Assembly: GCA_001687465.1 (NCBI GenBank)
Contig: LVLI01000209.1
Coordinates: 1-45,550, forward strand
Direction of reading: 5' to 3'
Origin: Halocafeteria seosinensis
Taxonomy: Eukaryota
Length of the DNA stretch: 45,550 nucleotides
A program made the position numbers and the translations under genes. Shown piece by piece: positions 9,530 to 18,115 of this stretch. Position 1 is the stretch's first letter; each line of letters begins with the position of its first letter. The notes beneath the pieces are model-generated. The model was not told the origin of the DNA. It did no database searches and was given only the letters and a program-made list of their open reading frames with translations.

Positions 9530-10942
9530 TTATACACCAACGGAGACAACACCCCCAGTAATGTTTATAACCTTTTTATGGTACACGAATAACAGGAGTT
9601 GTTTATTGGATAGATCGTTGGGGGTGTTGGCGGAGTTATTGTTCAGTGTTAGTTGGAAGGATAATTGTCCAGCCCGTGACGTGGTTTCCAAACTGTTCTG
9701 CAACACCGATTTGGGAGCATCACGGAGTACCTCAGTACTCAAACAAAGTGGCGTGTGATAATCTTGAAACCGTTTGAAGTCCAACATTCCATGACCGCTA
9801 ATGTCACCTAGCGTGTTATACAGTTTGCGATACTGTGAATAGACTTGTTCCAATCCGCCACTAACACCACCTCGTACGGCAATATCTTGATTGGATAGTT
9901 CTAGTGTATAGCCATCCACAGCAGGTAGTGCAGCGTAAGCAGTATCGTCACGTGACTCAGTGCCTATACCACTTGGACTGCGGTCAGCATCGTCAGACTT
10001 ATAGACCACAAATCCCGCTATTCCCTGCAGATTGGACATACTGGCTTGGACTTGGATGTCATTTTGTAAGGTGTTGGACAATGGTTTGGTAAAGGTCTCT
10101 GCCGAATCATCCAAAATGTATGTAAGCCCCTCGTCAGAATCATTCATTTTGCGGAACAGATCATCCAACACGCTTTGCGACGGATACACCAAATCAACGT
10201 TGAGAGTAAAGTTCTTGATTTCGTAGTCGGGTGTTCCAGATGAAGTATCTTCTCGCTGTGTGAAAATACGATGAGCCGGTGGAAGCTTAAATATAAATTC
10301 ATATTCAATAAAAAGAGCCTTGAATTCAGTGGAGCGGAAGAAAGAGAGATGATGCAGATGACACTTGCCACTCAGCGTGGTGGAAGATCCACCAGATTTC
10401 TGAGTTCGGAAGTCTTGATCGGTAAAAATAGCATTGGAAGTTGATTGTCCTTCCGCATCATATCCTTGGTAAATACTAGCAATAGCATACCAACGATTGA
10501 AACTCCTGAAGGCATAAGACTTTTGTAACGCATTCAGTTCATAGTCATAATAGGCCTGTGTGGCGGTAGCAAGGATAAGATGTTGGCTGAGCCGAGCACC
10601 CTGTGTGACATGCTCTATAACAACGTTACCCTGCAGGACTTGCACGTTATCAAGCAAAGTGTTCAAACCATCACTAAAGAGATAGTGAGCACTGTCCTTG
10701 TTCTCCACCTTCATATTGACGTACGAAGAGGGTGGGTCGAGGAGAGCCGAGTGATTCTGTAATTTAATCGATATTTCATTATCACCATCAGGTTTGTAAC
10801 CGCTGACGCCACCTGTAGGTTTCAAAGTGATTTGTTCACGACTCTGAAGATTGTCGAGGATTTTGAAGTTGGATGGATTCAATCTGGAGTCCATGTGCAA
10901 CACATCTTGCTGTTCAGCCAATGGTTGTTGATTAGTACTCAT
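9530..10942 (-). CDS. Major capsid protein (double jelly-roll), putative
   Basis: 470 aa, beta-rich; ISIKL...LLDPPSSYVNMKV N-terminal motif as in PLV MCPs; conserved in B apart from loop indels; near ATPase and penton. Confidence 0.8.
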   Translation of the reverse strand: MSTNQQPLAEQQDVLHMDSRLNPSNFKILDNLQSREQITLKPTGGVSGYKPDGDNEISIKLQNHSALLDPPSSYVNMKVENKDSAHYLFSDGLNTLLDNVQVLQGNVVIEHVTQGARLSQHLILATATQAYYDYELNALQKSYAFRSFNRWYAIASIYQGYDAEGQSTSNAIFTDQDFRTQKSGGSSTTLSGKCHLHHLSFFRSTEFKALFIEYEFIFKLPPAHRIFTQREDTSSGTPDYEIKNFTLNVDLVYPSQSVLDDLFRKMNDSDEGLTYILDDSAETFTKPLSNTLQNDIQVQASMSNLQGIAGFVVYKSDDADRSPSGIGTESRDDTAYAALPAVDGYTLELSNQDIAVRGGVSGGLEQVYSQYRKLYNTLGDISGHGMLDFKRFQDYHTPLCLSTEVLRDAPKSVLQNSLETTSRAGQLSFQLTLNNNSANTPNDLSNKQLLLFVYHKKVINITGGVVSVGV

Positions 10943-11556
10943 TATATTTGTTGTAAAAAAGTTCTAATTAGTTCCTGCATGACACCGTCAAAATCAAGTT
11001 TTTCTTTAGTGACGCCACGTTCAGTTTCTATTTCGTAATGGTCATAAAGACGATCTCTTTTACAAACGGCGTCATAGAAATCGGTGAAAGAACCAAAATG
11101 TTTTATTTTGTCATTGAACCGGATTTGTACACGCCATATTTTGTCTCGTTTGTGCCAAAAAACATCTGTCGCACCGGAGGTATTAGTACATTTTAGACTT
11201 CGGTTACCCTGTTGTTCGGATTGTGTCAAAACACGCAAATTGGATAATTGATTGTTATCTTTATTTCGGTCGTCATGATCGGCTGTCCAGTCATAATAAT
11301 AACTATCTCTGTAATTATAATCATAAAAAGAGGATATCATCAGCCGACTCAATGTATAGCGTGTCAATTTTTTGCCTTCATACAAACCAACTTGATGATA
11401 TCCGTTGGACGAAATGCCATGTTTCAAAAATTTCGGCTTCTTCTTTTTCTGACTCAGCACCCGCCCCTGATCCGATATCCAATATCCATCAATATATTCT
11501 ACTGAATTCAACCGCACCGGTGTCCAATTCTCAACGTTTTCATGGTTTTCCAACAT
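10942..11556 (-). CDS. HNH endonuclease with NUMOD4-like and AP2-like domains
   Basis: YWISDQGRV, ADHDDRNKDNNQLSNL, NTSGATDVFW..W.VQI..HFGSF; start refined to MLENH 24 nt after AAAAATGA. Confidence 0.85.
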   Translation of the reverse strand: MLENHENVENWTPVRLNSVEYIDGYWISDQGRVLSQKKKKPKFLKHGISSNGYHQVGLYEGKKLTRYTLSRLMISSFYDYNYRDSYYYDWTADHDDRNKDNNQLSNLRVLTQSEQQGNRSLKCTNTSGATDVFWHKRDKIWRVQIRFNDKIKHFGSFTDFYDAVCKRDRLYDHYEIETERGVTKEKLDFDGVMQELIRTFLQQI

Positions 11557-11601
11557 GTGATTCCGACCCCACATGTTCAATCATTTTTGTGCTTTAGCCA
11601 A

Positions 11602-12434
11602 TCAACCCAACTTGAAAAACTTTTTTGGATCAGCACCTTTTGGTTGTTGTTGAACGGACTGTCCTGCTTGTTGTTTGGCTCTCTGTTTCAAACTTTTTTG
11701 AGGTCGTGCTTTTTCATTGTTTTTCGCTTTGAATCCAAGTTTTTCCAATTGATTTTTCCCATGTGGATTCAGTACCGGTTGATTGGAACGCTTTGGCTCT
11801 TCTTCTTGTTGTCGCAACATTTCCGGCGGTAGCATGTCGGCATACGGAATCGGAAATTCGGGTTCATAATACGAAGGCTGTGCGTCGGGTTTCAACTTTG
11901 GCTCATCCATTTGTTGAACCGGTTGCTCCTCCTGCTCTTGTTTCACTGGTTGATCAAATTGAACTTGTTTGCGTGGTTTTTCGGGTTCGGGTTGTGACTT
12001 GGATTTCTGTCTGACTTTGGCGTTTCCCTTCTTCTCTTCCACCTGCTTTCTCTTCGACTCAATCATTCGGGCGACTGCTTTCTTTTTCTTCTCTGACATA
12101 GGCTTTTTTTGCCTAAATAACCCATTATCAATCGGCTTTTCAAATTCCTTGGGTTCGGTCTGTTGTGGTTCAGAGGTTGGTTGTGCCGGTGGCTGTGCCG
12201 GTTGTGTTTGGGTTTGTGACACCGGCTGACTATCCATTCGAGAATCCTTACTTTGACTTTTGGATTGCCGAATCAGACTGTTCAGTTCTTTTAATGACAT
12301 GACCACCGATTGATCATTCGATGGCTTAGATTGTGGTGGATTTTTGACTTGTTGGGCTTCCGGTTCTTCGTTGTTCGTTTCGACCTCTTGGTATTGTTCT
12401 AAATATTTGCTTAGTTCATCGAGATCTATCTCAT
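11602..12434 (-). CDS. Gln/Lys/Pro-rich hypothetical protein; 5' end frameshifted relative to copy B
   Basis: Homolog of 38041-38892. ATG at 12434 reads ATG AGA TAG (4 nt shorter than B); next in-frame ATG at 12300. Confidence 0.7.
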
Positions 12435-12493
12435 CGTATATGGTGTCGTGAAATGTTGATACGTCTATCGTATGGATACACGTAACGTTTCCA

Positions 12494-13225
12494 TTATTGT
12501 TCCAAAATTTCTAGAAAGGTAGATAGAGTGTGGTTGGCGACTAAATTGTCGCTATTCAATGGTAATGTCTTGGTTTTGAATCGGGAAAAGGCGTTACCCA
12601 GACTTACCGGATCTAATCGCCGACGCCAAATAATGGTTTTGTTTCGCAATTCTGAATCGGTGAAAGACTGCCCAATAGAGGTCAAATTAATGGCAGGATT
12701 AATGAGGTGAATCCGATCTATCTGCCGAATCTGCTTACCGGCCATCAAAGCGATCCACCCTCCTAAAGAGTGGCCTATCACGTTAATTCGGTTCGGGTTT
12801 GTTTGTTGGATCGCTTTTTTTATCGTCGGCATGTTCTTTTTGAGTCGGCTGTTTTGATTGGCATGACTGATTAGTTCCAGATCAGCCCCGACATCACTAA
12901 TATTGGATGTGCCACGGATCGCAATCCATAAAACCCCATCTTGTAAATATACCGCTATATCGTCCGTTGATAGATTCTGCAGATACTGATAGCCAAAGAC
13001 ATTGGCTCGACGTTCTGACTTGGGGCGGTACGCCATGTTTTGCATAACAAAACCAACTTTCTCTGATTGGGTAAGTTCGGGGACGGTGTCTTGTCCAGTG
13101 GCTTGTTCAAAGGTCTGGATACTTTTTTTGCCAATTGTACCCAACAGTTGAGCCTCATTGGTGTTTTTAATTCCACCGATCAATGATTTGCCGGTCTGTT
13201 TCACTATTTTACCCAAGAATGACAT
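12494..13225 (-). CDS. Lipase class 3-like alpha/beta hydrolase
   Basis: IAIRGT, GHSLGG nucleophile elbow, DPVS, terminal His (NHTL); amphipathic N-terminus. Confidence 0.9.
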   Translation of the reverse strand: MSFLGKIVKQTGKSLIGGIKNTNEAQLLGTIGKKSIQTFEQATGQDTVPELTQSEKVGFVMQNMAYRPKSERRANVFGYQYLQNLSTDDIAVYLQDGVLWIAIRGTSNISDVGADLELISHANQNSRLKKNMPTIKKAIQQTNPNRINVIGHSLGGWIALMAGKQIRQIDRIHLINPAINLTSIGQSFTDSELRNKTIIWRRRLDPVSLGNAFSRFKTKTLPLNSDNLVANHTLSTFLEILEQ

Positions 13226-13238
13226 TATACCATGTTAC

Positions 13239-13484
13239 TTAGTCTTCGCTTTCCTCCACCTTTGTCTCTTTGTTGGTATCTTCGGTTTGGGACGCTTCGT
13301 CCTTTTTTTCGTTTTCCTCCGGCTGACTATTTCGGCGGGTGGTGACCCGCAAAGTCCCTGTCCGACAATTACAAGCAGAGGTNACGTCGTCAGACCGGCC
13401 AAATAACTTGTAGAGAGCGGGGGCTAACGAAATACTGGCAACCGATCCGACCACAATAATGGCTATGGATGANGGGTCTAGCAT
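13239..13484 (-). CDS. Small single-pass membrane protein
   Basis: Hydrophobic IAIIVVGSVASISLAPALY, CNC, acidic tail; conserved in B; AATATAATG start; contains two N bases. Confidence 0.7.
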   Translation of the reverse strand: MLDXSSIAIIVVGSVASISLAPALYKLFGRSDDXTSACNCRTGTLRVTTRRNSQPEENEKKDEASQTEDTNKETKVEESED

Positions 13485-13509
13485 TATATTCAAAGTCGGA
13501 ATCTTCAAT

Positions 13510-13881
13510 TCATCGTTTCATAGCGTATCCCAAAAATTCATTCAACTTGTCTTTGGGAAAAGATAGACTGAGTCGTTTGTGATGATCATCAAAAAAAGCA
13601 ATTGCAGCGTGATTGTTGGGCACATTGTTCCATTGTAAATCGTACGTTTGACACCATCCTCTTATTTCCTCGTCCGTTTGTGGGGTGACCAGATAAAATG
13701 CTTGAGGCTCTGTTTGAACCAAAATAAAATAGTCATAGCGATCCACAATGTCCGGTTGGTTGTATGATGCCATTACCATAGTCAGATAATAGGGTATCCA
13801 AATTTTATAGTCATCATTGGTTTGCAGATCGCAAAAGCGATATCGTTCCACGTCACGGAAACTCTTGAGGATGGAGGACAT
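13510..13881 (-). CDS. Hypothetical protein (123 aa)
   Basis: AAAAATGA 23 nt upstream; distant homolog at syntenic 36582-36971. Confidence 0.75.
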   Translation of the reverse strand: MSSILKSFRDVERYRFCDLQTNDDYKIWIPYYLTMVMASYNQPDIVDRYDYFILVQTEPQAFYLVTPQTDEEIRGWCQTYDLQWNNVPNNHAAIAFFDDHHKRLSLSFPKDKLNEFLGYAMKR

Positions 13882-13936
13882 TGGTTGTCAGTCAAAGTGT
13901 TCAATCATTTTTCTGGGGTCGGCAATTCAAGTTGGC

Positions 13937-14197
13937 TTACCGATTATTTTGACATTTTTTCGTCAAACGGTGACTGTATATACTGGCTTTGCCCACCATT
14001 GTGCCACACAACTTACAAGGGACTTGGCTCTTTTGAATTTCGTCTGCACAACGACATTTGAGGGATTGGATGTGGGAATGCATACTTTTACGTTTTATTA
14101 ATGATCCGCAACGATCACAATAGATTTTTTCTTCACCGGACTCGCCTGAGGTGACAATGCTATTCTTGTAGAATACGTTTCCATAAGAATCGGTCAT
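13937..14197 (-). CDS. Small Zn-finger protein (two CxxC...H...C modules)
   Basis: CDRCG..HIQSLKC and CKLCG..HRLTKKC; conserved in B; start may alternatively be 14224. Confidence 0.75.
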   Translation of the reverse strand: MTDSYGNVFYKNSIVTSGESGEEKIYCDRCGSLIKRKSMHSHIQSLKCRCADEIQKSQVPCKLCGTMVGKASIYSHRLTKKCQNNR

Positions 14198-14236
14198 AGA
14201 ATGAATGACACAAAGTCCATTCATTTTTGTGATTCG

Positions 14237-14647
14237 TTAAAATTTGGGTTTAATAATTTTGTTGCGTTTGATTCGTAATGTCATTAATTTTCGTTCGTTG
14301 TGGATCTCCGAACAACCCAATACCATTCCTTTCTGGACAGACGGAAGATCATTGCGTTCCAATGCTATGATTTGGGCTTGGATTTTTCCGAGAGCAATGG
14401 TGACAAGACATACATAAATGGGATCATCTAGTGGCATTCCAACCAACTTATCTAGCGATGGATGATTACTGGCATAGGTGCTCTCGTCCAATGATTTATA
14501 CATATACACATCCGTTTCGCAAGGAGGAAAATACAGTACTTCAAAACAGGTATAGTTGTCCAACAGTTTTTGTTGGGTGTTCGCCACCAGCCATTGCACG
14601 GCATCATATAAAACTTGTTCTTCCTGATACGTATTTAAAAAATCCAT
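14237..14647 (-). CDS. Hypothetical protein (136 aa), copy A-specific
   Basis: Co-oriented ORF filling the gap downstream of the tRNA; absent from B. Confidence 0.6.
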   Translation of the reverse strand: MDFLNTYQEEQVLYDAVQWLVANTQQKLLDNYTCFEVLYFPPCETDVYMYKSLDESTYASNHPSLDKLVGMPLDDPIYVCLVTIALGKIQAQIIALERNDLPSVQKGMVLGCSEIHNERKLMTLRIKRNKIIKPKF

Positions 14648-14699
14648 CCTTTCTCTATACCAATGATATAAAGAAAATGATTCTAAGTGGCAAAGTCAG

Positions 14700-14772
14700 C
14701 GATTCCACAGGGGCTCGAACCCTGACCCTTCAGATTAACGGTCTGACGCTCTACCAATTGAGCCATGGAATC
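14700..14772 (-). tRNA. trnN: tRNA-Asn(GTT), no encoded CCA, C at position 33
   Basis: GATTCCA TG GCTC AATTGGTA GAGC G TCAGA CCGTTAA TCTGA AGGGT CAGGG TTCGAGC CCCTG TGGAATC G: all four stems pair perfectly; discriminator G. Confidence 0.92.
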
Positions 14773-14792
14773 AGTGGGAATAGATCGTTTGC

Positions 14793-15263
14793 CTATTCAT
14801 CATCATCTGCTAGATCGATACTGTCCTCATCCGAATCGCTAATCTCATCAGGATTTGGATAAGATGATAAATCGGTAAAGGATAACTCATTGAATAGATA
14901 CTGAAGTTTCTTACACAACCAACCCTCACGTTCCACTTCACTTTCTTCAAGTTTTTGTTTTAGCCATTTCAAATAGTCGGGGGCTTTCTGCATGACCTTT
15001 CTCATTGATTTGCCCTCGTACAACCCGAAAGGCAACCTTTGATCGGCCTTGCCAAAAATCATTTGCAGTTCTTTCATAAAGAGGGTTGAACCAAACTCTT
15101 CTTCTTTATTTTCAGTCAGTAATTGCCACACATAAGCGGGTTTGGTCTTACAGATATGGCCAATGGTTTCGCCTTTGTATTTCCCGAAATTGAACTTAAT
15201 GTTGAAGATATCCTGATCCGTGGTTTTGCTTTGACTCTTTTGTTGTGGCTGGTCGGATGACAT
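14793..15263 (-). CDS. Protein with two FGKYKG-type (DUF3820/ExoX C-terminal-like) domains
   Basis: FNFGKYKGETI..PAYVWQL and LPFGLYEGKSM..PDYLKWL; acidic tail; conserved in B. Confidence 0.75.
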   Translation of the reverse strand: MSSDQPQQKSQSKTTDQDIFNIKFNFGKYKGETIGHICKTKPAYVWQLLTENKEEEFGSTLFMKELQMIFGKADQRLPFGLYEGKSMRKVMQKAPDYLKWLKQKLEESEVEREGWLCKKLQYLFNELSFTDLSSYPNPDEISDSDEDSIDLADDDE

Positions 15264-15351
15264 GGTTACCTCCTATACCCTCAATCATTTTTTGTCTCTA
15301 GGCTTTTTACAAAGACAACTATCTTAAAATTAATTCGTCTTGATAGTCATA

Positions 15352-16173
15352 ATGACCACCACCGTACCAACCGTACCCGATTGTCGTCAATTGAAACGGT
15401 ATAGTGATATTATATTGATGTATCTAAGTCAAATTTATATACACGAACGTTACCTAAACAGAAAGAAACTCATCCGATGGTTAAAAATGACCTATTATAT
15501 CTACAAACACCGTAGCCATTTGTTCTATTTGAGTTATGGTATTTATGAACTCGCTCTGATCACCGGATTTTACTATGGATCAACTGAGATCATACAATAT
15601 GCGTATAACGTATGCCCTCAAAGATGTTCTCCGTTCGATTGTGTGGATTGTCGGGGAAATTGCACACATTTCTTATCCAAATGTATTAGCGACCTGCCGA
15701 CCATTCAACTCAGTTCAGACCAATTTCTACATGCTCTACATTTTTTAGAAGATTATTCTCCCTTTTCCCTTGATTTCTATATCACAATGTTCAGTCGAAC
15801 CGGCTCATCCCCTGATGTCATTCCATCCGATCTAACCTTTTACTACACAATCTTTTTGGCTCATTTAAAGTACTATGATCTGGCTGTTGTTGTCCGATTT
15901 TATGAACTGTATCCTGTCATCCGGAAAATGTTGCGGAAACAACCGATGTGGCAGGGGGCACAATCCCATCAAATACCTAGAGGTTGTATAATCAATGACA
16001 AGTATTTAAAAATTGACTATACACAATTAAAACGGGGGCAATTTGATTGTGTGGTTTGCTGGGAATCAGAGTATCCTCGGCGAGAGGTATGTTCCAACAA
16101 TAAGGAACATTGTGTCTGTGATCTGTGTCTTAATCAAATAGAACAATTGTACTGTCCTCTCTGTAACCAATAG
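15352..16173 (+). CDS. RING-finger protein (putative E3 ligase)
   Basis: C-terminal CVVC...C...H..CDLC...CPLC; start context GATAGTCATAATG shared with the B homolog. Confidence 0.75.
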   Translation: MTTTVPTVPDCRQLKRYSDIILMYLSQIYIHERYLNRKKLIRWLKMTYYIYKHRSHLFYLSYGIYELALITGFYYGSTEIIQYAYNVCPQRCSPFDCVDCRGNCTHFLSKCISDLPTIQLSSDQFLHALHFLEDYSPFSLDFYITMFSRTGSSPDVIPSDLTFYYTIFLAHLKYYDLAVVVRFYELYPVIRKMLRKQPMWQGAQSHQIPRGCIINDKYLKIDYTQLKRGQFDCVVCWESEYPRREVCSNNKEHCVCDLCLNQIEQLYCPLCNQ

Positions 16174-16194
16174 AGTTATGTTGAGACGCTTCAA

Positions 16195-17490
16195 TCACAT
16201 AACGGTCGCCGGTATGATAAACGCTTCAATCTTGCTGTGTACCGTCTTGCTAGATCCCAGATTCCCGCTATCATTCACCTCCGTGCGAAAGTCAATGTTT
16301 TGGGTTGTGTTCGTCATGGTGGTGAAACTATAATACGTCGTGTGGTCATTCTCCGTGCCGATCACGTGGGTGGTGGGGTTCACTCTCGACGCATCACTGT
16401 GGTTGTTCTGTGCTTCACTTGCAGGATCAAAATCGTTGGTATTCCCGTCGTCTGACACTCTATGTCCCATGAATATGCTTCCGCCAGTGTTGGTGTAATC
16501 ACTCCAAACCAAAAGTTGGATATGACACAAATACTTGCGATCGGTTAATCCTGTCACCGACATAGTGTGGAAAAAACTGCCACCTTGGTTCAGGGTTTGG
16601 GATTGAACATCCACTTCCCGTTGCACATTGACCACACCATTTGAGGTGGTGTTGGAATTAAAGAATTGGAGATTGACCCCGTCTTTGCTAGAGGTCGGGT
16701 CACTAACGGATATCACTTTGTGATCACCCACGTCAAGTGAGCCAGTCATGGTGGAACTGCCGTCTGTGGCAACGAAATTATTGCCCAATTCGGTTTGATC
16801 ATAATAGTTATTGGATAAGTAATTGCGGGTCACCGCATCATCGGCTGAATTGGGATCGGAGACCCCTATGATTTTATTGTTGTCCATGTTTAGGTTGGCT
16901 AACATACTATTCGAACCATCGGTTTGCAGGAAGTTGCTATTAGCGGTTGACTGGTCGTAATAATTCGCTCCCAGATAATTCAAATTGACAGCATTATCGG
17001 TCTGGGTCGGGTCAGACAAAGAAACAATGCGATTACTGCCAAGGTCTAAATTACCCGACATGGCCTTTGATCCATCTTGGTGAAGGTAACGACTGTCGGC
17101 GGTTGATTCGGTGGCATAGTTGCTTTGGAGAAAAGTCAAATTGACGCCATCTGAACTGGCGGTTGGATTGGCCACGTTAATGGCTTTATTCGAGTCAAGG
17201 TCTAAGTCTCCGGTCATTTTGTTGCTTCCATCCGTACGAAGATAGGTACTATTCAAGGTACTTGTTGGGGTAAAGTTGTTGTTAATATAATTTAATGTTG
17301 TGCCATCCTGTGAGTTACTTGGGTTTGCTAAATTGGTCGCTTTATTGTTGCCGAAATCAACGGATTGAAGGGCGGGGTTTTCAGACCAGTGTGAATGGGG
17401 ATCCACATTTGTATGCTCCTCGGCCACCACGTAGCCACGCTCTCCGCCTTGGCCACGATCGGTTGCTCTCCATGCTGAAAAATATGACAT
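16195..17490 (-). CDS. Fiber-like repeat protein 1
   Basis: ~50-aa repeats (DGS..M.G.LD...NKI.NV..PT...D.V.L.Y); C-terminal domain paralogous to the 18116 gene. Confidence 0.75.
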   Translation of the reverse strand: MSYFSAWRATDRGQGGERGYVVAEEHTNVDPHSHWSENPALQSVDFGNNKATNLANPSNSQDGTTLNYINNNFTPTSTLNSTYLRTDGSNKMTGDLDLDSNKAINVANPTASSDGVNLTFLQSNYATESTADSRYLHQDGSKAMSGNLDLGSNRIVSLSDPTQTDNAVNLNYLGANYYDQSTANSNFLQTDGSNSMLANLNMDNNKIIGVSDPNSADDAVTRNYLSNNYYDQTELGNNFVATDGSSTMTGSLDVGDHKVISVSDPTSSKDGVNLQFFNSNTTSNGVVNVQREVDVQSQTLNQGGSFFHTMSVTGLTDRKYLCHIQLLVWSDYTNTGGSIFMGHRVSDDGNTNDFDPASEAQNNHSDASRVNPTTHVIGTENDHTTYYSFTTMTNTTQNIDFRTEVNDSGNLGSSKTVHSKIEAFIIPATVM

Positions 17491-17516
17491 GCTATATCAT
17501 TTGAGGGAATTTTCTG

Positions 17517-18080
17517 TTAGAGACCGAAACGAGACTTATCAACATATTTGCTTGGATCAAAATTGTCCCGATAAACTTGGTTGCGTTTGGCTTTGGCGTC
17601 TTCTATATCAGCAAACGTACCAAAACATTTTTGTTTCCCATTTAAAGAAATTTGAACCTGCCATTTACCTGAACTATGTTGCTTAATATTTACTTCGCCC
17701 GATTTGCTGTTTTTTGATAACTGTTTCGTAGTCTGACGATGATTGTCCGCTTCTGTACTCCATTGCAAATTGTCTAGTCGGTTATTGGCGGTACAATCAT
17801 CATAATGATCCACTTGAAAGGAATAATCATATAAATCATACTCTCTGAAAAGACAAAAAACTAACCGATGCACTTTAAAATATTTTCGTTGTTTGCTATT
17901 GATTAACCTCACTTGATAGTAGGTCATTCCATTATGTTTGTTATAGGCAGGATTCCACCGCAATAAAGTTCCTGATTCCAATGAATAGACGTTTCCCACC
18001 GAATCCACTTTATAGTTTGGATAGTCCGGTACAGTTATGGCTTCGTCTGGGACATAACTGTATTTCCTATGTCGTGGCAT
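17517..18080 (-). CDS. HNH endonuclease with AP2-like domain, copy A-specific
   Basis: YPNYKVDSVGNV, KVHRLV, VDHYDDCTANNRLDNL, KWQVQI..FGTF. Confidence 0.88.
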   Translation of the reverse strand: MPRHRKYSYVPDEAITVPDYPNYKVDSVGNVYSLESGTLLRWNPAYNKHNGMTYYQVRLINSKQRKYFKVHRLVFCLFREYDLYDYSFQVDHYDDCTANNRLDNLQWSTEADNHRQTTKQLSKNSKSGEVNIKQHSSGKWQVQISLNGKQKCFGTFADIEDAKAKRNQVYRDNFDPSKYVDKSRFGL

Positions 18081-18115
18081 TGATTAACCACCCATTGACC
18101 CTTTCATTTTTATCC

